From contig JADFXT010000002.1 in NCBI GenBank assembly GCA_015233405.1, forward strand, positions 68,451-132,450: 64,000 nucleotides of DNA. Reading direction: 5' to 3'. Every line of letters starts with the position of its first letter. Positions within the stretch are counted from its first letter, which is position 1. Both the position numbers and the translations under genes were made by a program. This document shows, piece by piece, positions 1 through 9,792 of this stretch. The DNA is from Candidatus Omnitrophota bacterium (lineage in GTDB: Bacteria; Omnitrophota; Gorgyraeia; Zapsychrales; Zapsychraceae). The notes beneath the pieces were generated by a model. That model saw only the letters and a list, made by a program, of their open reading frames with translations, was not told where the DNA came from and did no database searches.

Positions 1-2
1 CA

Positions 3-656
3 GGTCCGCTTTCTTTGATTTTACTTTCTGGTTTTATAGTTTCTGTTGTCGCGCATAAGAAAATTGGAACGGATAAGATTTCCATTTTCTGGGCGGTGGT
101 GATATGGATAGGCGTCCTTCTAAGCTTTCACGGCATGGCGCTGCAGGAACGCTTTTGGCTATTTGTTCTTCCTGTTTATTTTGGTGTCGGCTGTGCAGGA
201 ATCAATTACCTTTTGTCTTTTTTTAACAGAAAGACTTCAAAAGATTTGACGTTCGTTGTTCTTATCTTGGCTGCGATAATTTCTGTCGAACTGTCTTATA
301 ATTTATTTTCTTCTCGCCTTATTGAAAGATCCGATCCCGGGATATTTCGAGAGGCTGAAGCCTCAGCTTGTTTTTTAAAGAATAGGCTAAAACCCAATGA
401 TGCGGTCGTAACATCCTGGCTTATTGATCCAGCCCTCGGTTATTATTTCATGTTGCATCATATCCCCGTCGGATTTCTGGAGAAGGATTTAAGTACTGTC
501 GACAGGATTTTTCTTGTTGTTAAAGATAAGGAAGATGCTTCAGATAAACTTATGAGAGCAGTTCTAAGAAGCAATTATCCGAAGCCGCAATTGATTAAGA
601 GATTTGAATCTGGCAGGATTTATCTGATAAATGGAAAGAATACTCGTTCGAATTGA
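3..656 (+). CDS. polytopic membrane protein, C-terminal part (5' end outside window); probably another ArnT/PMT_2-like GT-C family member
   Basis: The frame is open from the first bases of the window, so the listed TTG at 15 is not a real start. Hydrophobic helices are followed by a soluble tail. The tail segment KPNDAVVTS...HIPVGF resembles LPKEILVASD...RPFISLP and TPTDLIATD...RPTVSLP in the 529-aa proteins at 15449 and 13801. Confidence 0.45.
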   Translation, partial: GPLSLILLSGFIVSVVAHKKIGTDKISIFWAVVIWIGVLLSFHGMALQERFWLFVLPVYFGVGCAGINYLLSFFNRKTSKDLTFVVLILAAIISVELSYNLFSSRLIERSDPGIFREAEASACFLKNRLKPNDAVVTSWLIDPALGYYFMLHHIPVGFLEKDLSTVDRIFLVVKDKEDASDKLMRAVLRSNYPKPQLIKRFESGRIYLINGKNTRSN

Positions 657-685
657 TGCTGCACCAAAGAAACACCACTCTTCTA

Positions 686-2353
686 CTACGGCGTAATTCT
701 TTTATAAATTCTTACCGCATGAGGCCATGCCCAGCCGGCGGGATTATTCCAGTCTCCGAAGGATTCAACAAGTTTAAAATGGTTTTTTAAATATGCGGCT
801 AAAAGCGGGCAGTAACTCTTACCGAATTGCCCCAATCCTTGCTCCCGAGAGTTGCTGCGGTTGGACAATAAGATATAATTTGTATTTTTTCTTTCCATGT
901 CAGCGATGATGCGCCGTTCCTGCTCTTCGGGGACATTTAAATAATTAAAGAACATGTGCTCGGGGATAGGATTGGAAATATCTGTTAAATAATAATAAAG
1001 CGGATCATAAGGAAGCGCTAAGAATGTTTCATTCTTCTTGAGGTGTGTTTTAAGATAGCTCGTCGTCTTTGTAACGGTATTTGTCCAATCGGGCGGATTT
1101 CTTGCATATATTTCTGTATGTTTTAAGTGGATAAAAAGACGAGGATTTTGCGTCAAACCTGTTTTGAATTCATACTTATCATGAATCGCCAGAGCAATAA
1201 CATATATAAGCCCAAGGAAGATAATCGTTTTATAGATTCTTTTTAAATTTTTTATGCTTATCCCCACCATAAAGAACACAAATAGAAGAATCAAGGGGTT
1301 CACCCAGCCAAGCCTGTAAATCGTGGCGCTTAAAACAAACTCATGTGATAGCAAAAGAATGAAAATGATTACCGTCGAGATAATCAGCCATGTCGAAGAA
1401 GGTGTTTTTTTCCGATAATCTTTTTTAATGAGAAAATAACTGAAACAAACTATTGAAAACGTGCTGAGCATGATAAAAATTTTATAAGATAAATCTTGTG
1501 AAAGGGTTGACGCCGGCTCTAAGAGAGATGGATTTCCCAAAATATTAGTAAGGATATCCTTTGCTAGGATCTGAAATGCGTGAGCTAAAGATGACCGGTG
1601 GAATTGGTCATAACCAGGAAAAAATGGGAAACATTGCAGGATGTAATAGGTCGGCAGCTTGATGATCAATAGGACATACGTTAAAGCGGATAAGATTATG
1701 GGCAGAAAAAAGATCTTTAAAGATGCGACAGGTTTTTGAAGTTTCCCAAAGTTCTTATAGGTGCTGTTTATAATTAAAATAGAAATGACGGTAGAAATAG
1801 TTGTTGCTACGCCCATATTGATTTTGATTAATAAGAGCGCCAATAAACTTGGCTGTAAGAGATAAATCCATTTTTGCTCTGGTTTTCTAATATATTGCAG
1901 GATGAGGTATAGGATTAATAAGATAACGAATACGCCGCCGAAATGGTTGAAGGAATACATAAAATCAGTATTAAATGTCCAGAACCAAAGAACGGCGAGG
2001 ATGGCGACGGCAGACTCGATAAAAGGAATCAGACTGAGGTATATTAAAATTCCGGACAGAAGATTTAAGAAGGTTTTCCCCAAGATAATGCTTGAGATTT
2101 GAACGCCAAACAATTTAAAACAAGCGGCGTAATAGTAAGGCATGAGTGGCCCATAATTCCAGAAATAGTCCTTGTAAGGAACTCCTCCCTCCAGTGTTTT
2201 CTTAAAGGAATACAGGTTATGGCCGACGTCGCCTTGAATTAAAAGCGGCAGATAATTATAAAAAGGCAAAGAGATGAAGATCCCACAGAGAGTAAGCAGC
2301 GTGAGGATCCGCCAGTTAAATTTAGTATTATTTCCGTCGGGATTAATGGACAT
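686..2353 (-). CDS. polytopic membrane protein, putative GT-C-type glycosyltransferase (DUF2029/GT87-like first loop)
   Basis: 555 aa with more than 10 predicted TM helices. The first loop, QGDVGHNLY...GGVPYKDYFWNYGPL, resembles the PY.DF..YPPL loop of GT87/DUF2029 proteins. A soluble C-terminal domain follows. It is the last gene of the glycan operon. Confidence 0.5.
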   Translation of the reverse strand: MSINPDGNNTKFNWRILTLLTLCGIFISLPFYNYLPLLIQGDVGHNLYSFKKTLEGGVPYKDYFWNYGPLMPYYYAACFKLFGVQISSIILGKTFLNLLSGILIYLSLIPFIESAVAILAVLWFWTFNTDFMYSFNHFGGVFVILLILYLILQYIRKPEQKWIYLLQPSLLALLLIKINMGVATTISTVISILIINSTYKNFGKLQKPVASLKIFFLPIILSALTYVLLIIKLPTYYILQCFPFFPGYDQFHRSSLAHAFQILAKDILTNILGNPSLLEPASTLSQDLSYKIFIMLSTFSIVCFSYFLIKKDYRKKTPSSTWLIISTVIIFILLLSHEFVLSATIYRLGWVNPLILLFVFFMVGISIKNLKRIYKTIIFLGLIYVIALAIHDKYEFKTGLTQNPRLFIHLKHTEIYARNPPDWTNTVTKTTSYLKTHLKKNETFLALPYDPLYYYLTDISNPIPEHMFFNYLNVPEEQERRIIADMERKNTNYILLSNRSNSREQGLGQFGKSYCPLLAAYLKNHFKLVESFGDWNNPAGWAWPHAVRIYKRITP

Positions 2354-2356
2354 GAA

Positions 2357-3826
2357 TTATATGAACTTTATTTTTCGGGCGGCAAAAAACACCATCCGTA
2401 AAAGCAGCCAACCGTGTTTCCAGCGTTGAATATTCGTGGTGCCGTATTTGCGTTCCCGGTATCGGATGGGCAGGTCAACCATCTTAAGATTCAATTTTGC
2501 GGCGCCAAAAATCAGATCGAAGTCTCCAAACGGGTCGAAGTCGCCAAAATATTTTCGGTTTTCAAGGATTTTTAAATAGTCCTCTTTTCTAAGCACTTTT
2601 GTCCCGCAAAGGGTGTCTTTGATATGTTGACCAAGAAGCCAGGAAAAAGCGAAGCTAAAGAATTTATTGGCCAGAAGATTTAAAAATCGCATGGCTTGTT
2701 TTTCCATTGGGTAGACCAGGCGCACGCCATTGACGAAATCTGCTTTTCCCGACGACAGAATAGTATAAAATTTCTCCAGGTCTTCCGGCACAACGGTTAT
2801 ATCGGCATCAAGGATCATGAGGATCTCCCCGCTGGCTTTGGAAAATCCATGCCGGACCGCATCTCCTTTTCCTTTTCCCGGTTGGCGAAACAATGCGGAC
2901 TTTTGGCCAGGAAATTCCGGGATCAATTTTTCGATTGTTCCATAGGTGTCATCTGAGGAATGCCCTTCGACAAAGATGAGCTCAGTCCCTTTTCCCATTT
3001 GAGGAGTGCGTTCAAAGATTTCCCGCATGTTCCCGGCTTCGTTGCGGGCTGGCACGATGACGGATACGGATATCTGTTGGGAATTGTCAGCAGTAGACTC
3101 TAGCGAACTGTTTGGTTTTGCAATAATGAAATTCGTCAGCGCCAGTGAGTTAAAAGGGAAAATTTTGACAAGATACCGGTTAAGAAAAGCGCTTAACAGC
3201 GGAATTGGAAACGGACATAAAATTTCCTGAGATGAGCGGATGACTTCAAAACCCGCGAGTGACAAAAGATTTCGTAGGTCTTCTTGGGTTAACCAGTTTT
3301 GCGGTAATGTCGGTCTAGCGAGTTTGAGCGCCTTGGCTAAAGATAGCGGCTTTTCCCAAATCCGGCTGTAAAAGTTAAGGATGATTCGTGTTTGACGATG
3401 GGAGACTTTTTTTATTTCTTCAAAAACCCTTTGGACATCCCAAAGGTCATTGACGAGATCGGAAAGAATAATAAAATCAAACGTTTCATTTAAATTTAAA
3501 TTGTGGGCGTCGCAAATTTCAAATCGGATGCCGGGATGTTTGTCTTTAGCTTTCGTGATCATCTCCGGTGAGAAATCGATGCCTACGCCATACGAAGGAT
3601 TTAAGGCCTTCAACAAGTCCCCTTCCCCGCTGCCGATTTCAAGAACACGGCTTTGAGGAGGGATGGAAAATTGATAAATTTCTGCCAGGCGTTTTTGGTA
3701 ATATTTCCCTAGCCCTCTTCGGGAAGATTCGTCGAGGATGATTTTTTCCCAATGTTTGATTCGGGTTTCGGTGTATTGTTTTTGGCTTTCGTCGGCGTAT
3801 GGATTGTTTTTAAGATGAACAGTCAT
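2357..3826 (-). CDS. fusion protein: class I SAM-dependent methyltransferase (N-terminal) plus family-2 glycosyltransferase of the polyprenyl-phosphate-sugar synthase (DPM1/GtrB/ArnC-like) type (C-terminal)
   Basis: N-terminal half carries SAM motif I, VLEIGSGEGDLL. C-terminal half carries VSVIVPARNEAGN, DDT, ILDADITV and a PIRYRERKYGTTNI tail, which are typical GT2_2 signatures. Confidence 0.75.
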   Translation of the reverse strand: MTVHLKNNPYADESQKQYTETRIKHWEKIILDESSRRGLGKYYQKRLAEIYQFSIPPQSRVLEIGSGEGDLLKALNPSYGVGIDFSPEMITKAKDKHPGIRFEICDAHNLNLNETFDFIILSDLVNDLWDVQRVFEEIKKVSHRQTRIILNFYSRIWEKPLSLAKALKLARPTLPQNWLTQEDLRNLLSLAGFEVIRSSQEILCPFPIPLLSAFLNRYLVKIFPFNSLALTNFIIAKPNSSLESTADNSQQISVSVIVPARNEAGNMREIFERTPQMGKGTELIFVEGHSSDDTYGTIEKLIPEFPGQKSALFRQPGKGKGDAVRHGFSKASGEILMILDADITVVPEDLEKFYTILSSGKADFVNGVRLVYPMEKQAMRFLNLLANKFFSFAFSWLLGQHIKDTLCGTKVLRKEDYLKILENRKYFGDFDPFGDFDLIFGAAKLNLKMVDLPIRYRERKYGTTNIQRWKHGWLLLRMVFFAARKIKFI

Positions 3827-3837
3827 TTTTAATTTCC

Positions 3838-4587
3838 TTATAAGGATTTTTTAGCGAAGAAATCAATATAAAACAAATCATCGATTTTTTCTCTTGTCAG
3901 ATTTTCTTTCTTAAAATTATTTTCAAATTCAATTTTAAATCCTAGCGTTTCCAAGAAGTTTAAATAATCGCCGGGTTCGATTCCGGATTTTTTTAAGCCC
4001 GAAGGGGAATATTCCCCGACCATGGCGACATTAGCTGACCTTTGTATCGTTTTCTCCATGCCTTTCATGGCGAAATATTCAAACCCTTGAATATCGATCT
4101 TGATGAAGTCCACTCTTTGATTCTGGCTAAGATAGTCGTCGATGGCGATACAGGCAATCTTTGTCTTTTTTCGGTTCTCGCCAGAATCATAAGTTTTACA
4201 ATCGACATTAAGAGTTTCCGAGTGGTAAAGAAACAAATCTCCGCTTTTTTCGCCGACCGCTGCGTTATTCAAAATGACGTTGTCGAGCCCTTTCGTATTC
4301 TTTTTTAGATAAGAAAAATTAAGAGCGTCAGGCTCAAAGGCATGGACTTTCCCCTCTTTTCCAACCAGTTTTGAAAACAAAATGGTGTAATATCCGATAT
4401 TCGCTCCGATATCAAGCACGGTCATGCCGGGCTTAATGATTTTAGTTAATTGGTCGATCTTCTCTCTCTCGCTAATCCCTTTATAAAGAAAATACGCGGG
4501 CTTATATAAAAAGAAAAGCCTCCTATATAGGACGACGTTGATTATTTTACAGACGAAGAAATGAAATTTATACCAAAAGGAATTCAT
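3838..4587 (-). CDS. FkbM-family methyltransferase
   Basis: VLDIGANIGYYT...VHAFEPDALNFSYLKKN...VILNNAAVG matches the FkbM (TIGR01444-like) pattern. Its start overlaps the upstream stop by 4 nt. Confidence 0.75.
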   Translation of the reverse strand: MNSFWYKFHFFVCKIINVVLYRRLFFLYKPAYFLYKGISEREKIDQLTKIIKPGMTVLDIGANIGYYTILFSKLVGKEGKVHAFEPDALNFSYLKKNTKGLDNVILNNAAVGEKSGDLFLYHSETLNVDCKTYDSGENRKKTKIACIAIDDYLSQNQRVDFIKIDIQGFEYFAMKGMEKTIQRSANVAMVGEYSPSGLKKSGIEPGDYLNFLETLGFKIEFENNFKKENLTREKIDDLFYIDFFAKKSL

Positions 4588-6059
4588 TGTGTTGTTCGCC
4601 TTTTATAGAGTTTAACGGGTCCTGCCCCGGCGACTTCTTTCCATTGTTTGAGGAAAGCGTCCAATTTATATTCTGTATAGACGGGATCATTGTTAAGGCC
4701 GTCTTGAATCCAGGTATCATCAAAATTAATAAGAGCATATTGGACATTATAAGGTGTTTTAAAGGGCTTGCCTGTATTAAAAACGTTTAGTTTTATAAGG
4801 TCTGGTTCTTGATAATCTTTCGAATAGATTTTATGGATAGAGTACAGGTTGTTTCTTAGTGATAAAGCCGGAAGAAACTCAAAAGTGGTTATGACTGAGG
4901 CATTCGGCGGGATCATGGAAACGAGCGACCATTTCTCATTAACATAATGATTCGCGTCGAAGCCAATTTTATGCTTTATTTGGCCGCGATGAGGATAAAG
5001 ATTTAATAAGGACGCACCCAATAAAAATAAGCAGAACAGTGTGTGGAATGATGGCCAACGTTTGATCTTTGTTAGAGTTTGAATGGCAGCTAAAAAGATG
5101 ATGGGTGTCATTGTCAAAGAATAAGAATAAAAGATTGTCTTTTCAGGAAAGTGGCTTGAAATGAGATGATAAGCGATCACAGGAGATATTAATGAAAGAA
5201 CTGTAGGACTTAAAATGGCTGGAAGAAGCAGTGCGCCAAACAATTCTTTTAAGAAATCAATGTTCGCTGGAAGTAAGAAAATCCCTTTTAAAGTGCGGAA
5301 TTGAAATAGCTTGTGAAGAATGTCTTTTGGCGTCGAGCCCAAGTAGCTAAAACGGACCCACAACGAGCTTTGTTCCATCCCTCGGAAATGAGGAATAATA
5401 AATTTTGCCGCAATAAGAAAATAACAAAAAGAAATTGCTAGAGGAACTACTCCCCACTTTATACGGTTTCGATCCTGCGCAAATATTCCCCAGAGGCTGA
5501 GCATCCCAACAATGAGCGGCATATTTTCTTTAATCAGAAAAAGAAAAATGATGCTGACAAAGTAGCCGCCCAAATTTTTCTTTCTATAAGAATAAACAGC
5601 TAGTAATAAGAAAAAAGGAGCTAACGACTCGGGATTGCAGTCATGGCACATGGCAAATAAATTCGGAGGAAATACTAGATAGGTCAGTGCGATGATAAAC
5701 GCGGGAAGTTTGCCTAAGCCTTCTTTGGCGATAACATACAACAGGAAAACCGATGAGATGAACAAGGCGATCTGGATAAATGAAAATGTCAGCGGATGAG
5801 GAAATAGCATAAAAATGGGCAAGGCAAATAAGTTAATGAACGTTGAATGGTCGCCGAAACAATTGAATCCATAAAGCGATGAGAATAATTTTCCGTGGGA
5901 AAGGTTCCAGAGGCATTGGTTCAAGAACGCCATGTCCCAGTCGTCATAAGCGAAATGAATATATCTATAGAGGATAAAAAATGCGTAAAGAAAGAAACCG
6001 ACCAGGCACAGCAGGACTATCGACCGATTTTCTTCATAAAATGTTAATAATCTTTTCAA
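4584..6059 (-). CDS. polytopic membrane protein, DUF2079-like putative GT-C glycosyltransferase
   Basis: 491 aa and multi-TM. The first loop, YDDWDMAFLNQCLWNLSHGK, resembles the DUF2079 signature D.g.fdQ..W....G. A soluble C-terminal domain follows. Confidence 0.5.
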   Translation of the reverse strand: MKRLLTFYEENRSIVLLCLVGFFLYAFFILYRYIHFAYDDWDMAFLNQCLWNLSHGKLFSSLYGFNCFGDHSTFINLFALPIFMLFPHPLTFSFIQIALFISSVFLLYVIAKEGLGKLPAFIIALTYLVFPPNLFAMCHDCNPESLAPFFLLLAVYSYRKKNLGGYFVSIIFLFLIKENMPLIVGMLSLWGIFAQDRNRIKWGVVPLAISFCYFLIAAKFIIPHFRGMEQSSLWVRFSYLGSTPKDILHKLFQFRTLKGIFLLPANIDFLKELFGALLLPAILSPTVLSLISPVIAYHLISSHFPEKTIFYSYSLTMTPIIFLAAIQTLTKIKRWPSFHTLFCLFLLGASLLNLYPHRGQIKHKIGFDANHYVNEKWSLVSMIPPNASVITTFEFLPALSLRNNLYSIHKIYSKDYQEPDLIKLNVFNTGKPFKTPYNVQYALINFDDTWIQDGLNNDPVYTEYKLDAFLKQWKEVAGAGPVKLYKRRTTQ

Positions 6060-6075
6060 AAGCCTGTTTCCTTCT

Positions 6076-7938
6076 TTAGTTTTGATGGTTTTTATGAAAT
6101 ACCCGATGCGTCCAGAAAAGCATAATAAATGGAGTTGCCCTTAAAAATAGCCTCGAGAGGACTTCGGGATAATATAATTTTAAGTCTTGCGATGGCCAGT
6201 TGATGCCTGCTGTTAATGAGAACAGAATGAGCAATGTCATCATGGAAAATAAAAATGTGTCTTGCTTCTCCCATTGCTTTTGTTGATTGCTCGACAGCAT
6301 AAATGCGACTCCTAAAATAATAGGAATGATAGACGATGGCGTTAAGAATGTCCAGACCATATTTAGCATGATCAAAATATTTTCCGTTGAGAAATGTTTT
6401 TGAAGGTGAAAAATATACGTCGAAACGCCGTTATTGTGAAGCCACAGCAGCCATCCTAGCGGGATTAAGAAAATAGCTCCAAACGAAACGCCCAGCATTA
6501 ATAATTTCTTTGGGGCAACCTCCTGTCGGCAGGATAAAAATAAAGATAGAAAACAAAAGAATGCAATGACCGCTCCTTCGAATTTTACGCCGCTTAGTCC
6601 GAGAAACATAAAGAAAGCTAAGGTCAATAACCGGTCATCTTTTTCTTTTAAGTTGATCCAGTTTAACAGGAAACCAGCGGCAGTCATTAAAAGTGCAAGG
6701 TATAAATTTTCAGGCAAGGCGGTAAGAAATATCCATTGGAAAAATACCAACAGGTAGACGCAGATAAGAATCTTAGATATGACGGGTTTAAAATTCCAAA
6801 AACTTAAGATCTTTTTTATTTGGGCGATAAAACATAAGAAAATAATAGCTGAGGTCCATTTGGCCGCTTCATCATAAGCGCCATTTAAGAAAAGAAATTG
6901 AACAGCATTATGGATGGGCCACAAGAGCGGATAATAGTTGTTGGCGTTCGAGGTATACTGAAAATCTAGATGTCCTTGATAAAAGAATATTTTGGCTTTG
7001 AGTAGCCATATCCACATTTCATCGACGACAGATATAGGGATAGAAATTGTTTTAAGAAAGATGACGATTAATAATGCGGCATAAAAGAAATGAGCCAAAG
7101 ATTCCCCAAAGAAAGATTTTGGCGCCGCGCCATTGCCGCCTCCTTTTTCTTCTAAACAAAAAGGTGCCGTTTGTCTTTTTCTTCTTAAAAAAAAGATTAT
7201 TCCGGAAAGGCCCCAGAGACCAATAACGGTTTGTTTTGTTAGCGTGCCTCCGATTAAGAGAAATATCCAGACGAGGAAATTGAGAAAGACAAAGCCTAAC
7301 AAATAAGATGTTCCCCAAAGCCAGAATTTATCTGTTTTTTGAGGAAGAATCCCAAAACTCGTCAGCATAAAAAAGCCGATAAGGCTGATAAAAGCGGTTA
7401 TGAGAAAGAAAATAATGATGTTTTTTTGTAAGGGATAGCTCGACGGGCTTTCTTTGGAGGATAAGAAGTTGTGGCCTTCTTGAGCAAATAGTCGAACGCC
7501 ATTTCCAAGCGGGAGTTCTTTAAATTGCTTAGACGAATTGTGGATCATCTGATGAAAATCAATGAAATAATCCCAGTTATCTCTAGAGAATTTGGCGGTG
7601 TTTGTCGGCGTGTAGATATTCGCGGATTCATCTTCTATTTTGAGCGGGTAAAGATTGTATTTTAAGCTGACCGACTCAAACGACATGGTTTTTGTTGGGA
7701 AAGATGTCTGGATTTTAGATTCCGCGGGGATAAGTCTTTTTGCTGATGTCCCGATGCGGTTAATAAAATAATCATTTCGGACGTTCTCATAATTCCCTTT
7801 TAAAGAAATCAACGTTCTCGTAATGATTGAAGCCGTTTCTTCGTTGATTATCTTTAAAGATTGGTTGTATAAGTAGATTGTCGCTAGAAGAATAAGCGCG
7901 ACGGATAAGATATTTCTAAATCGGCGGTTTTCAATCAT
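6076..7938 (-). CDS. large polytopic membrane protein of unknown function (N-terminal anchor, extracytoplasmic domain of about 150 aa, then about 12 TM helices)
   Basis: 620-aa ORF with strong hydrophobic periodicity. I recognise no family motif. Its operon context suggests a role in glycan assembly. Confidence 0.45.
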   Translation of the reverse strand: MIENRRFRNILSVALILLATIYLYNQSLKIINEETASIITRTLISLKGNYENVRNDYFINRIGTSAKRLIPAESKIQTSFPTKTMSFESVSLKYNLYPLKIEDESANIYTPTNTAKFSRDNWDYFIDFHQMIHNSSKQFKELPLGNGVRLFAQEGHNFLSSKESPSSYPLQKNIIIFFLITAFISLIGFFMLTSFGILPQKTDKFWLWGTSYLLGFVFLNFLVWIFLLIGGTLTKQTVIGLWGLSGIIFFLRRKRQTAPFCLEEKGGGNGAAPKSFFGESLAHFFYAALLIVIFLKTISIPISVVDEMWIWLLKAKIFFYQGHLDFQYTSNANNYYPLLWPIHNAVQFLFLNGAYDEAAKWTSAIIFLCFIAQIKKILSFWNFKPVISKILICVYLLVFFQWIFLTALPENLYLALLMTAAGFLLNWINLKEKDDRLLTLAFFMFLGLSGVKFEGAVIAFFCFLSLFLSCRQEVAPKKLLMLGVSFGAIFLIPLGWLLWLHNNGVSTYIFHLQKHFSTENILIMLNMVWTFLTPSSIIPIILGVAFMLSSNQQKQWEKQDTFLFSMMTLLILFSLTAGINWPSQDLKLYYPEVLSRLFLRATPFIMLFWTHRVFHKNHQN

Positions 7939-8029
7939 AATTGCGAACTGTTTTTCTACCCATGTGCCAGAAGGCCAAGGCTTTGCTGTTGACGAATGGC
8001 CTTCCGCTCAGGGTTTCGCCCGTTGGGCT

Positions 8030-8989
8030 TCACAATTTTTTAAGCCAGGCTTGGTTGTTTGTATACCACAGGATCGTTTCTTTGATCCCGTCTTCAAATG
8101 AGGTTTTTGGCTGCCAACCTAATTTACGGATCTTAGAGCAGTCAATGGAATATCGAAAGTCATGGCCGGGGCGATCTTTCACAAATTTAATCAAACGTTC
8201 ACTTTTCCCCATGAGCTTTAAAATAGTTTTAGCTGTTTCGAGGTTTTTTTTCTCAAAATTGCTGCCGATATTATAAATTTCTTTTAACGCTCCCTTTTTT
8301 AAAATTGTAAGGATCCCGTCGGCACAATCTTTAACATAGAGCCACTCTCGAATCTGTTCTCCCTTGCCATAAACAGGAATGGGCTGGTTCTTTAAAATTT
8401 TAGAGATTACCACAGGAAGAAATTTTTCAGGATATTGCCAGGGGCCATAATTATTCGACGGGCGAACGATGGTCGCAGGGAAATCGTGCGTCAAGATGGC
8501 CGCATGCACCAGGTGTTCCGCTGAGGCTTTTGTCGCCGAATAGAAATTGCGCGGTTCTAGCGGTGAAGATTCTTTAAAAAATCCTGTAAGGCTTTGGCCA
8601 TAAACCTCGTCGGTTGAGATATGAATAAATTTTTTGATATTAAATTCTTTGGAAAGCGTGATCAAATTATAGGTGCCTAAAATATTTGTCTGAAGAAATG
8701 GTTGGGCGTCCAGGATGCTTCTATCCACGTGCGTTTCTGCGGCAAAATGGATGATTTCATCGGGACGTTCTTTCGCGAACACGGATTTTAAGACGGAAGC
8801 GTTACAGATATTGATTTTGTAAAAGGAAATATCTTTTAGAACATCTTTAAGCCGCTCTTTTCTTCCGGCATAGGTCAAAGCATCAACGACGATGACTTTG
8901 TATTTCTGAAGGACCGCTTGCCGGACGAATTCGCTACCGATAAATCCAGCGCCGCCGGTCACTAATATTTTACGTATTGAGCCACGCAT
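8030..8989 (-). CDS. rfbB: dTDP-glucose 4,6-dehydratase
   Basis: Carries the [10 protein letters not shown] Rossmann motif, HISTDEVYG, YSATKAS (YxxxK) and a C-terminal PGHDFRYSID motif typical of RmlB. Confidence 0.9.
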   Translation of the reverse strand: MRGSIRKILVTGGAGFIGSEFVRQAVLQKYKVIVVDALTYAGRKERLKDVLKDISFYKINICNASVLKSVFAKERPDEIIHFAAETHVDRSILDAQPFLQTNILGTYNLITLSKEFNIKKFIHISTDEVYGQSLTGFFKESSPLEPRNFYSATKASAEHLVHAAILTHDFPATIVRPSNNYGPWQYPEKFLPVVISKILKNQPIPVYGKGEQIREWLYVKDCADGILTILKKGALKEIYNIGSNFEKKNLETAKTILKLMGKSERLIKFVKDRPGHDFRYSIDCSKIRKLGWQPKTSFEDGIKETILWYTNNQAWLKKL

Positions 8990-9792
8990 TCTTTTAAAAC
9001 CTCCTTAATATTTCGGACGGGAAAGCCTGATTTTGCGAGTTTGTCGACGGACAAGATAAGATTCGTGCGATTTAACTTTAATTGTTTTAGGCGAATCACT
9101 TCATATTGGAAGTCCGGCACCACCTGTTTATAGGCGCGCATTAATTCTGGATACCGTAATCCTCCCCGGCAGGTAACATTATAAATTCCTTGAGCATCAA
9201 TGCGAATTAAGTGCTTAAGCGCTTTTACAAAATCCGGAATATAAGTCGCGGAGTTCGGGGTATCAATGACTTTTTTATAGTTGATCAATTTTGTCAGAAG
9301 ATTTCGTTTGTCCGGATAAATATCCAATGGCACGCGGATCCGGATGGTTAAAATGTTGCACTTTTTTGACAACGTATTAAGTATTTGTTCTGCATAGATT
9401 TTTGTCCTGCTATAAAATAACGTGTAATAATCAGGCATCCTGGTCTCAGCGATCGGTTTTTGTTTGCCGTAGGTATAATTGTAAATACAGCCGCTACTGA
9501 TATGGACCAGCTTAATATTGTTTCGAAAGGCTATTTCTCCAAGCCACGTCGGGAGAAAAGTATTTGCCGTTAAAGTTTTATCAATGTCCAACTCGCAATC
9601 ATCCACGTTATTAATTCCCACATGACCGATGCAATTGACAAGGACTTTGGGCCGATACTTCTCTATTTCTTTCTGAATGTCGGCGTAAGAGGATATTCTT
9701 TTTTCGGACAGCGGGCAGCCCCATTCCTGATGAAGCCTTTTGCCGATAAATCCGCCGCCTAAAATAAGGATTTGATTATTCATTTTCCGCAA
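8962..9792 (-). CDS. NRS/ER-like NDP-4-keto-6-deoxyhexose 3,5-epimerase/4-reductase (SDR); alternatively an atypical RmlD
   Basis: Carries [40 protein letters not shown] and [14 protein letters not shown]. As I recall them, these match the plant/viral NRS/ER blocks ATGCIFEY, FYSKTKAMVEE, RVRMPIS and VVDIPNSMT far better than the E. coli RmlD blocks STDYVF, VYGKTKLAGE and RTSWVY. Confidence 0.65.
   Translation of the reverse strand: MRKMNNQILILGGGFIGKRLHQEWGCPLSEKRISSYADIQKEIEKYRPKVLVNCIGHVGINNVDDCELDIDKTLTANTFLPTWLGEIAFRNNIKLVHISSGCIYNYTYGKQKPIAETRMPDYYTLFYSRTKIYAEQILNTLSKKCNILTIRIRVPLDIYPDKRNLLTKLINYKKVIDTPNSATYIPDFVKALKHLIRIDAQGIYNVTCRGGLRYPELMRAYKQVVPDFQYEVIRLKQLKLNRTNLILSVDKLAKSGFPVRNIKEVLKECVAQYVKY

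Noticed and set aside
7970-8004. Hairpin GAAGGCCA-N19-TGGCCTTC between rfbB and the 620-aa membrane gene, and a similar 8-bp hairpin at 24384-24409 between tilS and ftsH and a 6-bp one at 59318-59333 between the pilin genes
   Set aside because: I considered these as intrinsic terminators, but none is followed by a U-tract in the direction of transcription and the loops are long. At most they are RNA-stability or processing elements, so I did not annotate them as terminators.
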